A stretch of 64,000 nt of DNA from an uncultured Chryseobacterium sp. Its GTDB lineage: Bacteria > Bacteroidota > Bacteroidia > Flavobacteriales_C > GCA-002722245. Of this stretch, positions 40,601 to 48,371 are shown piece by piece. A program made the position numbers and the translations under genes. Positions within the stretch are counted from its first letter, which is position 1; each line of letters starts with the position of its first letter. Location: contig CAYORT010000011.1 in the NCBI GenBank assembly GCA_964406465.1, forward strand, positions 5,300 to 69,299, in the 5' to 3' direction. Under the pieces are notes generated by a model. That model was not told the origin of the DNA and did not search any database. It worked only from the letters and a program-made list of their open reading frames with translations.

Positions 40601-40977
40601 AGTTTAAACGAATAATTTAATTGATAGGCTTTACCCAAGTAGTAGTATGACAAAACATCAACACCTAGTTTACCTGCTGCTATTTTCAAATGTTTTAAAG
40701 CCTCTTCCTTATCGGCACCAGCGTACAATAAACATACGCCATATTTGTAGCTATAATCGGCAACATCGGGATGATTACTTGAAAGCTGAGTATATAAATC
40801 TACTGCTTCTGTATATTTTTTTTCAGCAAATAGCTTTTCCGCCTGCTTAATCATATCGGCCTCCGACTTAAAGCCATCTACGAACGCTACTGTTAAGGAA
40901 ACAAATAAGAAAAAAAGTAAGGTTCGGTAAATATTTTTTACCGAGAAGGGAAACGATGTATTATGTTTAAAATTCAA
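34603..40977 (-). CDS. Giant (2124 aa) cell-envelope protein with a signal anchor, TPR repeats, a PD40/TolB-like beta-propeller, a CarbopepD-like beta-sandwich, a ~1400-aa low-complexity K/E/A/Q/N/T-rich coiled coil and three C-terminal SPOR-like peptidoglycan-binding domains
   Basis: Domain-by-domain reading. N-terminal hydrophobic segment, TPR-like helices, and PD40 repeats (YFSSYGEKGE..., YFASKGHNSLGGYDIF, AYFSSSRASAKGE). Three tandem VQVGAF...DAFVV units. The only start codon after the upstream in-frame stop is a TTG at 40977, and the first ATG is at residue 42. Confidence 0.6.
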   Translation of the reverse strand: MNFKHNTSFPFSVKNIYRTLLFFLFVSLTVAFVDGFKSEADMIKQAEKLFAEKKYTEAVDLYTQLSSNHPDVADYSYKYGVCLLYAGADKEEALKHLKIAAGKLGVDVLSYYYLGKAYQLNYSFKLAIEAYNSFKSRAPVKLLKEYDVSQLIKQCEEGKSVIQDIQSIHVLSKKEVSRADFYYAYDLAAIDRKVIVKSDEFKTKLDKKLNETTYIVHSPRVKEVYFSSYGEKGEAGKDIYKVVLFADNTKSAPLNVGPAINTPFDEDYPYLHPNGRVLYFASKGHNSLGGYDIFRCELDTNTMLWGPAVNMGFAVNSPDDDILYVTDMGENVAYFSSSRASAKGEITVYKILPAKDRVENTIIKGEILVEGNKQRNATITVTNSENGELVGVFKSNEKSGTYTMTLASNSKYKFSVQANGYAAHEEIVVLPAKKVAPIVNQKIQLKKSPTETMALTNVMQSMVDEVAFNEIYRKGASLDVNTNKDVGFNTLPVVKKTETSANNSSATSNSSTTSNTNAANSANTVKEDKKEVTSTSMVSEAYDDALDLEKEYNKLKEEAEAADYVYRVKNDEANEAKQEIVDLTRQMNQTSNAEEKKKIQADIDNKVKELRRKAKEASITEHYAEQKKLEMQNKQEEAAAAKQYADVIKEAVETKNSDKAIVKLEEQRKKLEEIQERNSQSGEVSMEQSLAATKSNKEQEIKSTEVEIQKIDQAIKTIEADQKNLKKQIDATKNQQIKDELTLQLNETKEELAARQSDRMIAEAQLAAIKSETPESTETQVVADLQQKVNEVKQQDVAVLEAERKKQAAANKAQTASATTASNNSSNATSNSTKSVPNTKEDVSATLAKLDTVGKKSTPAEKYNDEMQKAAMTLDLVNSNKQEQVIMEGALKSAKSENAKAQAQKRIDELKVEEEKKNKEILNYLANANKIKEESKLTPQQIAAAPNKVDEKRIASVQSYTQALPNSNQAANNTNLAAANASQSVSNTNQSTAASNPAANASAQTNTTSSNNNQTSNGSNATATANNTSQATQNAVAAANTNNAQTVKKDTVKAKDIFPPNFKAENAGKEELSAAAFSSFGIKPQGAVAVSEDASVKSHTNNAKVAENQALNLMSQAEQKRELEAASTNLEEKKKLNKEIADLEKQAQEKELVAADNYFLANRAQYDLNQASINKAIGEGKLKVDAAKLTEIENNWLKALVVREKIKTAKDFKEKVIIINEANQKESEVIAKQQEILKGISQSPVVVDNQSRTVKSDTATKEVAFKDKPTASKVNEAFGVTPTDHVYSKDEQVQTALSAVNTLEEDAAKNYEEAQALKQQAAASEKKSQAKKLNKESVKKIKLGRAKMKQAMAKRAELNKTESEANKTKIQDAVAKKEIVLTDKQSKELQTADEQFKKAEELRLKAKKTKSFAGQTDLNNQANSVETAALDMQRKVLEGKTDDAPKVAKMTPADSLKAKNVEIKDDVRNNQIALDQNQNRINVVQNNNLTAQQKDEVIKLQKEVNALIAQSKEKEIEAASSKDLTIATATLNHADELKKQAIVKQQQILAIKENKPVVTEVAKVDTAKSTTNSTNAVAVNANKKAPEATKEYNTMLKEAQDMEKEISSEIEKYAQLKKEAKNYQVQSEQALANGKVDEAERLRKLANQKEEQALQSAQLIDNSRLEAKAKREEAKIYLQSLNPQVANEVQNKASDKNAQTDVFVNYKEKTDKDVAATSTAATTAKQPGDQPKNNNVAVTKIDVNNSPLFGEKANDVQGAVVKDQFEIKSDVVYSAAQPIPVDAPLPDGLIYTVQVGAFRNPIPQDLFKGISPLYGEKTPMGFIRYTAGTFRSFKAATIAKDKIRQMGYPDAFVVPYYNGKRISMDQADQVTAKADIKQQNALQVIEAREVEAMNKVEVKNPVNNVVNAVEANANRAESSEVTSSDKVFYTVQIGVFSKEIKKGSIYDMQPLNVERTANGLLRYSVGKYDNIEAANKRKAEINAAGIGDAFVTAYKNGQRIAVADAQANTATIAATNNATSTANTTTANNAANAGGIVFKVQVGAFAKEVPVETTTLFFNLPSKVEYYKDVNGITIFNVGNFTNVEDARKLKDQVIAAGLKDAFLVAYQGKEKISVEKALELLKK

Positions 40978-41068
40978 CTTGATGTACCTCTTACGACCTA
41001 CACTAACAAAAGTAACAATTTTAAGATGCGAAACAGAAGAATAGTTTATAAATACTAACAGCTACGCG

Positions 41069-41707
41069 TTAAGTTCTCTTCTTGATTAGGTAGGTTTTGT
41101 TCTCAACGCCTTGAATGAGTCGCGTAATATTCTTTTGATGAGTAACTAAAACCAACACTGCAATTACAGCAGAAAAGACCTTTAAAGACAAGGCTTGTCC
41201 TTCAAAAACAAAATTGATCAATACAGGAAAAAATAGCCCCGCCAGCATCGAACCCAACGATACGTATTTCGAAATAATTAAAACTATCAAGAACAAAACT
41301 ACGGCAATCAAAGCCGCTTCCCACATTACCGCAAATACAATTCCTAGCAGAGTAGCAATTCCCTTCCCTCCCCTAAATGCCGCAAAAACCGGAAATATAT
41401 GTCCGAGTAACGCCGCTATCCCCAACGCCAACATCAAATTCATAAAAGGATTATCTGTTTCCACATGTTTTATAACATTTTGCAAATAAGCCAATTTAAC
41501 TGCCGCAAATCCTTTTAAAACATCAATAGTAAGTACAGCAATCCCCGCTTTCTTACCTAAAACTCTAAAAGTATTCGTTGCGCCAGCATTACCAGAACCA
41601 TACTCCCTAACGTCAATTTTAAAAAAGTACTTACCAATCCATACCGCCGATGGTATAGAGCCTAAGATATATGCGGATAGAAGAAGTATTACATTAATAA
41701 GGGTCAT
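41069..41707 (-). CDS. plsY: Glycerol-3-phosphate acyltransferase PlsY
   Basis: 212 aa with SGNAGATN and the typical 5-TM layout. Confidence 0.9.
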   Translation of the reverse strand: MTLINVILLLSAYILGSIPSAVWIGKYFFKIDVREYGSGNAGATNTFRVLGKKAGIAVLTIDVLKGFAAVKLAYLQNVIKHVETDNPFMNLMLALGIAALLGHIFPVFAAFRGGKGIATLLGIVFAVMWEAALIAVVLFLIVLIISKYVSLGSMLAGLFFPVLINFVFEGQALSLKVFSAVIAVLVLVTHQKNITRLIQGVENKTYLIKKRT

Positions 41708-41802
41708 TTCCTCTTTTTAAGCGCGGTGAAGGTAATTAATAATGATAAGTCTGCAAAGCATGCGGCTTCCAAGAAATTAACACATCCATTTTAAAAAAGT
41801 AA

Positions 41803-41837
41803 AATCCCCGTCTATCTATTGACAGACGGGGATTTTA
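41803..41837 (-). terminator. Rho-independent terminator downstream of the DUF1987 gene
   Basis: 10-bp stem atccccgtct/agacggggat with T-runs on both sides. Confidence 0.65.
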
Positions 41838-41852
41838 AAGGCTTTTCATTTG

Positions 41853-42233
41853 TTAATTAGTGACCTCTATCATTTTAAAAGGCACTTTAATGATTGCTTG
41901 GTAATCTTCACCAGCCTCTAACATATCCTCATCATCCTCTTCATAAAACCAATTGATAACCACATCTTTACCTGTTTTATGAATTGACTCTAATTTTTTG
42001 AATAAATCTAAAATACATTTAGATGAACTTGTGTTGAAGTACTCAAGCTGAATATTCACACTTGTTTTATCTTTTGGCTCGTGAGAGTACTTATCTAGCG
42101 ACTCTACAACCGGCTTGTAAAACTCAATAGAGTTTTCGGGAATAGATCTTCCCTTTAATTCCAATAACCCCGCCTCTGAATCGAAAATAATAGTGGGCGT
42201 TTTCGATGTTCCTTCAATTGTAATTTTGTCCAT
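41853..42233 (-). CDS. DUF1987 / SiaC-like partner-switch protein
   Basis: 126 aa. The EYFNTSSSK motif has a Thr at position 68, equivalent to the phospho-acceptor Thr of Pseudomonas SiaC. C-terminal acidic patch EEDDEDMLEAGEDY. Confidence 0.6.
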   Translation of the reverse strand: MDKITIEGTSKTPTIIFDSEAGLLELKGRSIPENSIEFYKPVVESLDKYSHEPKDKTSVNIQLEYFNTSSSKCILDLFKKLESIHKTGKDVVINWFYEEDDEDMLEAGEDYQAIIKVPFKMIEVTN

Positions 42234-42236
42234 AAC

Positions 42237-42815
42237 CTATTGTGAAATTTTAATATATAAACTAAAAAATGAAAAGTTTTCGTCGATCTTTAAAAACTCG
42301 TAGTTTAATTTCTGACCACTTTTTCTAGCAATATCGATAAACCCTAATCCTCCGCCACCTTTCTCTGAAAATCCTTCTAAACTTAACACATCTTGATAAT
42401 ACTGTTTTAGCTCATCCTTATCCATTGCGTTAATTCTATCTATGCGTGCTTGTAAACCAGGAACTTTATCTGATTTAACAAAATTACCAGTCATTATATT
42501 ATACTCTACGGTATTCTTGCTAATCATAAAAATGGCTTGCTTCTTACCTTCATCTCCAGCTGCGTCGGTGCGCATTTCATCTCTGTGATGATATAAATTT
42601 TGCAAGCATTCAACCAAGACATTGTATACCTTTTTACGCACTTTGGGCTGCTCATCAATATTTTCTAGCTTGGTTTCCATGATTTGAAGCATGGAAGAAA
42701 GGAGTTCGGAAGTGATATCCCCTTTGAATGACAGCATGATATCATTGTGTTCCATTTTTTTATAGAAACTGTAGATATCAAACTTTATTGCGGTCTTTTC
42801 TGAAATGTTACTCAC
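42237..42815 (-). CDS. SiaB-like partner-switch serine/threonine kinase (GHKL-type ATPase fold)
   Basis: 192 aa with a glycine-rich ATP-lid-like segment GGGGLGFIDIARKS. It lies immediately upstream of the DUF1987 gene with a 3-bp gap. Confidence 0.5.
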   Translation of the reverse strand: MSNISEKTAIKFDIYSFYKKMEHNDIMLSFKGDITSELLSSMLQIMETKLENIDEQPKVRKKVYNVLVECLQNLYHHRDEMRTDAAGDEGKKQAIFMISKNTVEYNIMTGNFVKSDKVPGLQARIDRINAMDKDELKQYYQDVLSLEGFSEKGGGGLGFIDIARKSGQKLNYEFLKIDENFSFFSLYIKISQ

Positions 42816-42954
42816 TAATGTGCATTTTGTCGTTGAACGCTAGAAACTCATTTGGGTTTCACTCATAAGCAAATCTAAATAATTTCGCGCATTTTAAAAA
42901 TAATCAACGTAAATACTATTTGGAATCGTATTTTTGTTGAAAGCAAATTATAAG

Positions 42955-43677
42955 ATGCAGTGGTTCGAATCATGGTTTAACACCCCCTTTTACCATCAAC
43001 TATATAGAAATAGAAATGAGCAAGAAGCTCATGATTTTCTTAAAAAACTCATTCCACACCTTAGCCAAAACAAGAACGCTAAGTTTCTCGATATTTGTTG
43101 CGGAAAAGGTCGACATGCACAGGTAATCAATGAATCAGGTTTTGAAGTGATTGGCTACGACTTATCTGAAAACAGCATCTTAGAAGCCAGAAAATTAGAA
43201 AATGAAAGATTGCATTTCTATGTTCACGACATGCGCCAACAATTTTATTCGAATTATTTCGATTTTGCTTTGAATTTATTCACCAGTTTCGGCTATTTCA
43301 CTACTTCAAATGATAATCTTAAAGCCCTTAAATCAGCAAACATCGCTCTCAAAAAAAACGGAGTATTAGTGATCGACTTTATGAACGCCCTTAAAGTGAG
43401 AAAAAATATTGTTCAAGAAGAAATAAAAACAATCGACTCGCTTGAATTTACGCTGAAGAAAAAAATTGAAAACAACAGAATTGTAAAAGAAATCTTCTTT
43501 GAAAAAAACGGAGAGAAATTCAATTATGCCGAAAAAGTGGAATTACTTGAATTGAATGATTTTAAAGGCTTATTAGCTAAAAGCGGATTTGAAATTCGTG
43601 AAATATATGGCAATTATAAGCTCGAATCATTTAATGAAGATTCAGACAGATTAATTATCTTGGCCACGAAATTATGA
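42955..43677 (+). CDS. Class I SAM-dependent methyltransferase
   Basis: Motif I LDICCGKGRHA and motif II-like VIGYDLS. The ORF-track start was a TTG, and ATG 42955 was used. Confidence 0.7.
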   Translation: MQWFESWFNTPFYHQLYRNRNEQEAHDFLKKLIPHLSQNKNAKFLDICCGKGRHAQVINESGFEVIGYDLSENSILEARKLENERLHFYVHDMRQQFYSNYFDFALNLFTSFGYFTTSNDNLKALKSANIALKKNGVLVIDFMNALKVRKNIVQEEIKTIDSLEFTLKKKIENNRIVKEIFFEKNGEKFNYAEKVELLELNDFKGLLAKSGFEIREIYGNYKLESFNEDSDRLIILATKL

Positions 43678-44381
43678 TGATCAATTCCGAATATTTTGTT
43701 TTAGTAGCCGCAGTAATGATTGTGGCTGTAATCTTTCTATACGGGAAAAATCTTTCTGTAAATACTACTAAACTATTAAATGCATTTAGTGCCGCCTTCT
43801 TGATAGCCATTTGTTTCACTGAAATTTTACCAGAAAGTTATCATTTAAACCATGAATACACCGGAATTTTTGTTATTGTAGGCTTCTTACTACAGCTAAT
43901 TTTAGGAGTATTTTCGGGCGGTATTGAACACGGGCATTCACACCATCACAAACACGGAATTCCTTACGCAGTGCTATTTAGCCTAGGAGCGCACGCATTT
44001 ATTGAAGGCATGCCTTTGAATGAACACACGCATGATGCTCATGAATCTTTGCATCACGCAATGATTACAGGAATTCTAATTCACAACGTTCCCATTACCA
44101 TTGTACTCACAAGCATGCTGAAACATTCTGGTATAAACAATCTCAAAACCTTAATTATCTTATTTGTATTCTCTTTATTGAGTCCTTTGGGAGCAACTGT
44201 TGCAAACTTTTGGTTCATTTCACCCGAAAATCTAGCAATTCCATTGGCCTTGGTTGCTGGTATATTGCTACACATTAGCACCACTATTTTATTTGAATCG
44301 GCCGATTCTCACAAATTCAATATGGTTAAAATGGGGGTTATTCTTTTGGGGTTAGCCGCCGCTTTATTGGTACATCATTAA
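43674..44381 (+). CDS. ZIP-family (ZupT-like) divalent metal transporter
   Basis: His-rich loop HGHSHHHKHG, and conserved HNxPxG/HExxE-type TM motifs (GAHAFIEGMPL, ILIHNVP). Confidence 0.65.
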   Translation: MMINSEYFVLVAAVMIVAVIFLYGKNLSVNTTKLLNAFSAAFLIAICFTEILPESYHLNHEYTGIFVIVGFLLQLILGVFSGGIEHGHSHHHKHGIPYAVLFSLGAHAFIEGMPLNEHTHDAHESLHHAMITGILIHNVPITIVLTSMLKHSGINNLKTLIILFVFSLLSPLGATVANFWFISPENLAIPLALVAGILLHISTTILFESADSHKFNMVKMGVILLGLAAALLVHH

Positions 44382-44453
44382 AATCTATTAAAACATCCTT
44401 GCTTGAGCAAGTTTATATTTTACTTTTGAATTCATAACCAAAATTTAAAAATC

Positions 44454-45086
44454 ATGGCAGTATTAGTAGGAAAAAAAGCTCCTTTATTCAAAGCAAACGC
44501 TGTAGTTAATGGCGGAGAATTCGTAAGTGATTTCTCATTAGAACAATTCATTGGAAAGAAAAACGTGGTATTCTTCTTCTATCCACTTGACTTTACTTTT
44601 GTTTGCCCTACAGAACTTCACGCATTTCAAGAAAGATTGGCCGATTTCGAAAAGAAAAACACTGTAGTAGTAGGCTGTTCAGTTGACTCTAAATATTCTC
44701 ACTGGGCGTGGTTAAACACCCCTAAAAAACAAGGTGGTATTCAAGGTGTTACTTACCCATTGGTTGCCGACTTATCTAAATCGATAGCTGAGAACTACGA
44801 TGTTTTAGCTGGAGAATACAGCATCAACGAAAATGGCGAAACAACATTTGAAGGTGCTCCTCAATCATACCGAGGATTATTCCTAATTGATAAAAATGGT
44901 GTGGTTAGACATCAAGTTGTTAACGACTTCCCACTAGGAAGAAGCATTGACGAAGCTTTAAGAATGGTAGATGCATTAAATTTCTATGAAACAAACGGCG
45001 AAGTTTGTCCTGCAAACTGGACTGAAGGAAAAGATGCTATGAAAGAAAATGCAGCTGGTGTAGCTGATTATTTATCGAAACACTAA
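44454..45086 (+). CDS. 2-Cys peroxiredoxin (AhpC/TSA family)
   Basis: Peroxidatic Cys motif FTFVCPTEL. 210 aa. Confidence 0.88.
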   Translation: MAVLVGKKAPLFKANAVVNGGEFVSDFSLEQFIGKKNVVFFFYPLDFTFVCPTELHAFQERLADFEKKNTVVVGCSVDSKYSHWAWLNTPKKQGGIQGVTYPLVADLSKSIAENYDVLAGEYSINENGETTFEGAPQSYRGLFLIDKNGVVRHQVVNDFPLGRSIDEALRMVDALNFYETNGEVCPANWTEGKDAMKENAAGVADYLSKH

Positions 45087-45111
45087 TTAGCAAATAGCTT
45101 AAATATAGAAT

Positions 45112-45146
45112 GCCCCGAAGAATTAAATTCTTCGAGGCTTTTTTTA
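45112..45146. terminator. Bidirectional rho-independent terminator between the peroxiredoxin gene (+) and the DUF4249 gene (-)
   Basis: gccccgaagaatt / aattcttcgaggc stem followed by T7. Confidence 0.7.
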
Positions 45147-46025
45147 ATAGTTATTGATATCAATGACTTTTACATCGGGATCATAAGCGCTAAAAAATCC
45201 GTATCCATTCGTAATGTTAGTTGGAACATTAACAGGCTCTCTAAACAATTGACCAATGATTCCGTCAATCTTATCTTGAGCACTTAAATAGTTATAATAA
45301 CCTTCACTAATATTCGCTAAAGTCACACCAATGGTGTCGCTTTCCGATACTCCCTTTAGATTTAGTTCAATAGTTATTTCATCTGTATTGTAAACCAAAT
45401 CATTGATCAACTGACTTTGAATCAACTGATTTCTCCCTGAATTAAAAGGAAATGAATTTACATCAAGATTTGCAACAGATGCATTGCTTTGCGCTTTATA
45501 AACATTCACCAAATAGTAGTTTGGACCAGCAAGATCAGTAAAAGTGTATCTCAATTTCACTGAATTATCTGCTTGAACCAGTGGATAAATCGTATCAAAA
45601 ACAACACCTGGTAACATGGTTGTAACAGATGACACACTTTCATTTAACTGCGGATCATATACATTAAGCTCATATTTCTCATAAGGGATTTGCAAAACAG
45701 ATGCACTCACATACAAGCCGGGAATGGTATCTACCGCATGAAGTGTGTCTATCTGACCAGCATATTTTACTGTCACTATCGCATTGGTAACAATAACTTC
45801 GTCAATAAAAGCATCGGAAACATTGTTGGTACCGGGAATAAAAATATCGTGCTTCAAAGCTGTAAATGACCTAGTAACCAATACCCCTAATACTGTTTGT
45901 GGAACCACCTGAGAGGCAATCACCAATTTTGAAGGAGCGGCCTCTAAACTTATTTCAAGAGGTTTTGGCCTACAGGATACTATAGCAAAAAACACTATTG
46001 ATAATATGATCAAATTCTTCTTCAT
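45144..46025 (-). CDS. DUF4249 lipoprotein (partner of a TonB-dependent receptor)
   Basis: Lipoprotein signal MKKNLIILSIVFFAIVSC. It overlaps the TBDR gene by 4 bp, and the DUF4249-TBDR pairing is conserved. Confidence 0.5.
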   Translation of the reverse strand: MKKNLIILSIVFFAIVSCRPKPLEISLEAAPSKLVIASQVVPQTVLGVLVTRSFTALKHDIFIPGTNNVSDAFIDEVIVTNAIVTVKYAGQIDTLHAVDTIPGLYVSASVLQIPYEKYELNVYDPQLNESVSSVTTMLPGVVFDTIYPLVQADNSVKLRYTFTDLAGPNYYLVNVYKAQSNASVANLDVNSFPFNSGRNQLIQSQLINDLVYNTDEITIELNLKGVSESDTIGVTLANISEGYYNYLSAQDKIDGIIGQLFREPVNVPTNITNGYGFFSAYDPDVKVIDINNY

Positions 46026-48340
46026 ATCTTAAAATTAAATGCAAAATAAGGTACTACACCAAATAAACCAGGCTGCTGATAAGTTAAGGATCCATTGGTA
46101 GATCTACCAACCTCAACAACAAATGGACTTGCCCTGTTATACAAATTATAAACGCCTAACACCAATTCATATTTAAACTTCTTTTCCCTTGGAGAAAAGT
46201 ACGTTGCGCTAACATCTAGTCGATGAGTTGGCGACATTGTAACAGCATTTCTTGATGTATAAATTGGAACCAAATTCACATCTGTTAGTGAGGAATTTGG
46301 TATCAAATATTGTCCGATTTGCGCTGTAAATCTTGCCCCCGTCATGTAAACCCAAACAGCAGAGAAATTCCATTTTTTACTTGGAGTATAATTTAGCACT
46401 ACAGAAAGATCGTGCCTTCTATCAAACCTAGAATAGAAAGCTTTTCCACCGTTTAACTCATCGAAATAATTTAACGACCAAGAGAGCGTATAAGCAATCC
46501 ACCCGTTTAATTTACCAGCATTCTTTTGCAAGAAAAATTCGGCTCCATAAGCTTCTGCTTTTCCAAATAAAATTTCTTGTTCAAAATTATCATTCAAAAG
46601 AATTTCAGCTCCTTCTTTATACTGAATAACATTGTACATTTTTTTATAATATCCCTCCACAATAAACTTTAAGTTAGTTTTAGGAATATTCCATTCTCCT
46701 CCAGCAGAATACTGATCACTGTAAAGAGGTTTAACTTGATGCGTAACCGGATACCACAAATCGGTAGGCAAACTAACTGTTGAACTCGATACTAAATGCA
46801 TGTATTGACGCATTCTTGAATAACTGCCTTTAATTGAAATACTGGGTTTTAGTTGATATGCGAATCCTAGTCGAGGCTCTAATCCCAAATAAGGAGTTCC
46901 TTGAACAATAGCACCAGAGGTTCTTAAACCATAATTCACCAACCATTTTGCACTCACCTTATATTGATCAGAGGCATAGGCTGCAAATTCTGTCATATAA
47001 ATTGGCGTTGGTTTTCTGCTCTTTATAAACTCTGTAATTTCACCACTTGTACTAATGAAATTTGGAGTGAAAACATGCGCAATGCTATTGGCGCCAAACT
47101 TTATAAAATGCCTGTTATTTAAATAATAACTATAATCTACTTTAGCTCCCCAATCGCGAATGGTAGATCGCACCAAGATGGAATTACCCGAAAACTGACC
47201 ACTAACGTCGTACCCAAAGTCAGTGGTTATCAATGCATAATTCGCGAACAACTTAGAGCTATGCTCTCTATTTATTCTTAGCGTTGCTGTTGAATTGAGC
47301 AAATTGAAACCAAATCCCGATAATGTTCCATAATGATCATCGTGTTCTTGACTAATGTTTAGCACATCATTTCCAAAATAACCGCTTAAATACAATCTGG
47401 TTTTACTGTTTAGTTTATAATTAAGCTTACCATTGATATCGTAGAAATAATAAGGCACAGGGAAGTTTGCCATTTTCGACAGTTGATCAATGTAAGAACG
47501 TCGCCCTCCTATCATGTAAGAAATTGTATCCTTTTTGATGGGACCTTGCACTGTAAATCTAGACGATAGCAAACCTATTCCTCCTTCAACTTCTGTTTTC
47601 TGCATGTTACCGTCCTCTGTTCTTATATCTATTACAGAAGACAATCTACCTCCATATTGCGCATCAAATCCTCCTTTCATGAGTTTTACATCTTTAATTG
47701 CATCGTTATTAAAAACGGAAAAGAAACCGAGCAAATGGCCGGGATTGTAAACTGGGGCATCGTCTAATAAAATTAAATTCTGATCTGTATTCCCTCCTCT
47801 AACATAAATTCCGTTCGTCCCCTCTTGTCCCGATTTTACACCTGGCATCAGCTGCATAATCTTTAATGGATCTGTTTCACCTGCGAAACTTGGCATAGTG
47901 TTCAACTTCTTAGCATCAATATTAATTTGTCCGAATGACGCACTGCTATTCTCTGTTTTCTTAGCTACATTTATCTTTATCTCCTTTAGTTGGGTAACAG
48001 CTACCGACATAGAAATGTTTAGTGTAGTATCTTTATTTAGTTTGAAGCGATGATTGACCTGAGCGTACCCAACATAACTAAAACTTATTGCTGCACTATC
48101 TCCACTTATGGTTACAGAATAAAAGCCAAATGAATTGGTGGTAGAACCAACATGATTCTTTTCGTCAAAAACAGTTACACCAATCATACTTTCCCTGCTC
48201 GCAGAATCAACTACATATCCTTTCACAACATGACTTTGCGAATGAACAAATTGAAAAACGAAGAAGAAAAATATGAAGACTAAAATTCTCAATGTGGTAA
48301 AGGTTTTTAGATTAAGTTGAAAGCACTCCATTTTCAACAC
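46022..48340 (-). CDS. TonB-dependent receptor with an N-terminal carboxypeptidase-regulatory-like domain
   Basis: CarbopepD_reg-like VKGYVVDSASRESMIGVTVF, a plug domain, and a 22-strand barrel ending ...YFAFNFKI. Confidence 0.8.
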   Translation of the reverse strand: MLKMECFQLNLKTFTTLRILVFIFFFFVFQFVHSQSHVVKGYVVDSASRESMIGVTVFDEKNHVGSTTNSFGFYSVTISGDSAAISFSYVGYAQVNHRFKLNKDTTLNISMSVAVTQLKEIKINVAKKTENSSASFGQINIDAKKLNTMPSFAGETDPLKIMQLMPGVKSGQEGTNGIYVRGGNTDQNLILLDDAPVYNPGHLLGFFSVFNNDAIKDVKLMKGGFDAQYGGRLSSVIDIRTEDGNMQKTEVEGGIGLLSSRFTVQGPIKKDTISYMIGGRRSYIDQLSKMANFPVPYYFYDINGKLNYKLNSKTRLYLSGYFGNDVLNISQEHDDHYGTLSGFGFNLLNSTATLRINREHSSKLFANYALITTDFGYDVSGQFSGNSILVRSTIRDWGAKVDYSYYLNNRHFIKFGANSIAHVFTPNFISTSGEITEFIKSRKPTPIYMTEFAAYASDQYKVSAKWLVNYGLRTSGAIVQGTPYLGLEPRLGFAYQLKPSISIKGSYSRMRQYMHLVSSSTVSLPTDLWYPVTHQVKPLYSDQYSAGGEWNIPKTNLKFIVEGYYKKMYNVIQYKEGAEILLNDNFEQEILFGKAEAYGAEFFLQKNAGKLNGWIAYTLSWSLNYFDELNGGKAFYSRFDRRHDLSVVLNYTPSKKWNFSAVWVYMTGARFTAQIGQYLIPNSSLTDVNLVPIYTSRNAVTMSPTHRLDVSATYFSPREKKFKYELVLGVYNLYNRASPFVVEVGRSTNGSLTYQQPGLFGVVPYFAFNFKI

Positions 48341-48371
48341 TAATGCTTATACCTTAAACCGATGTTAAGGG

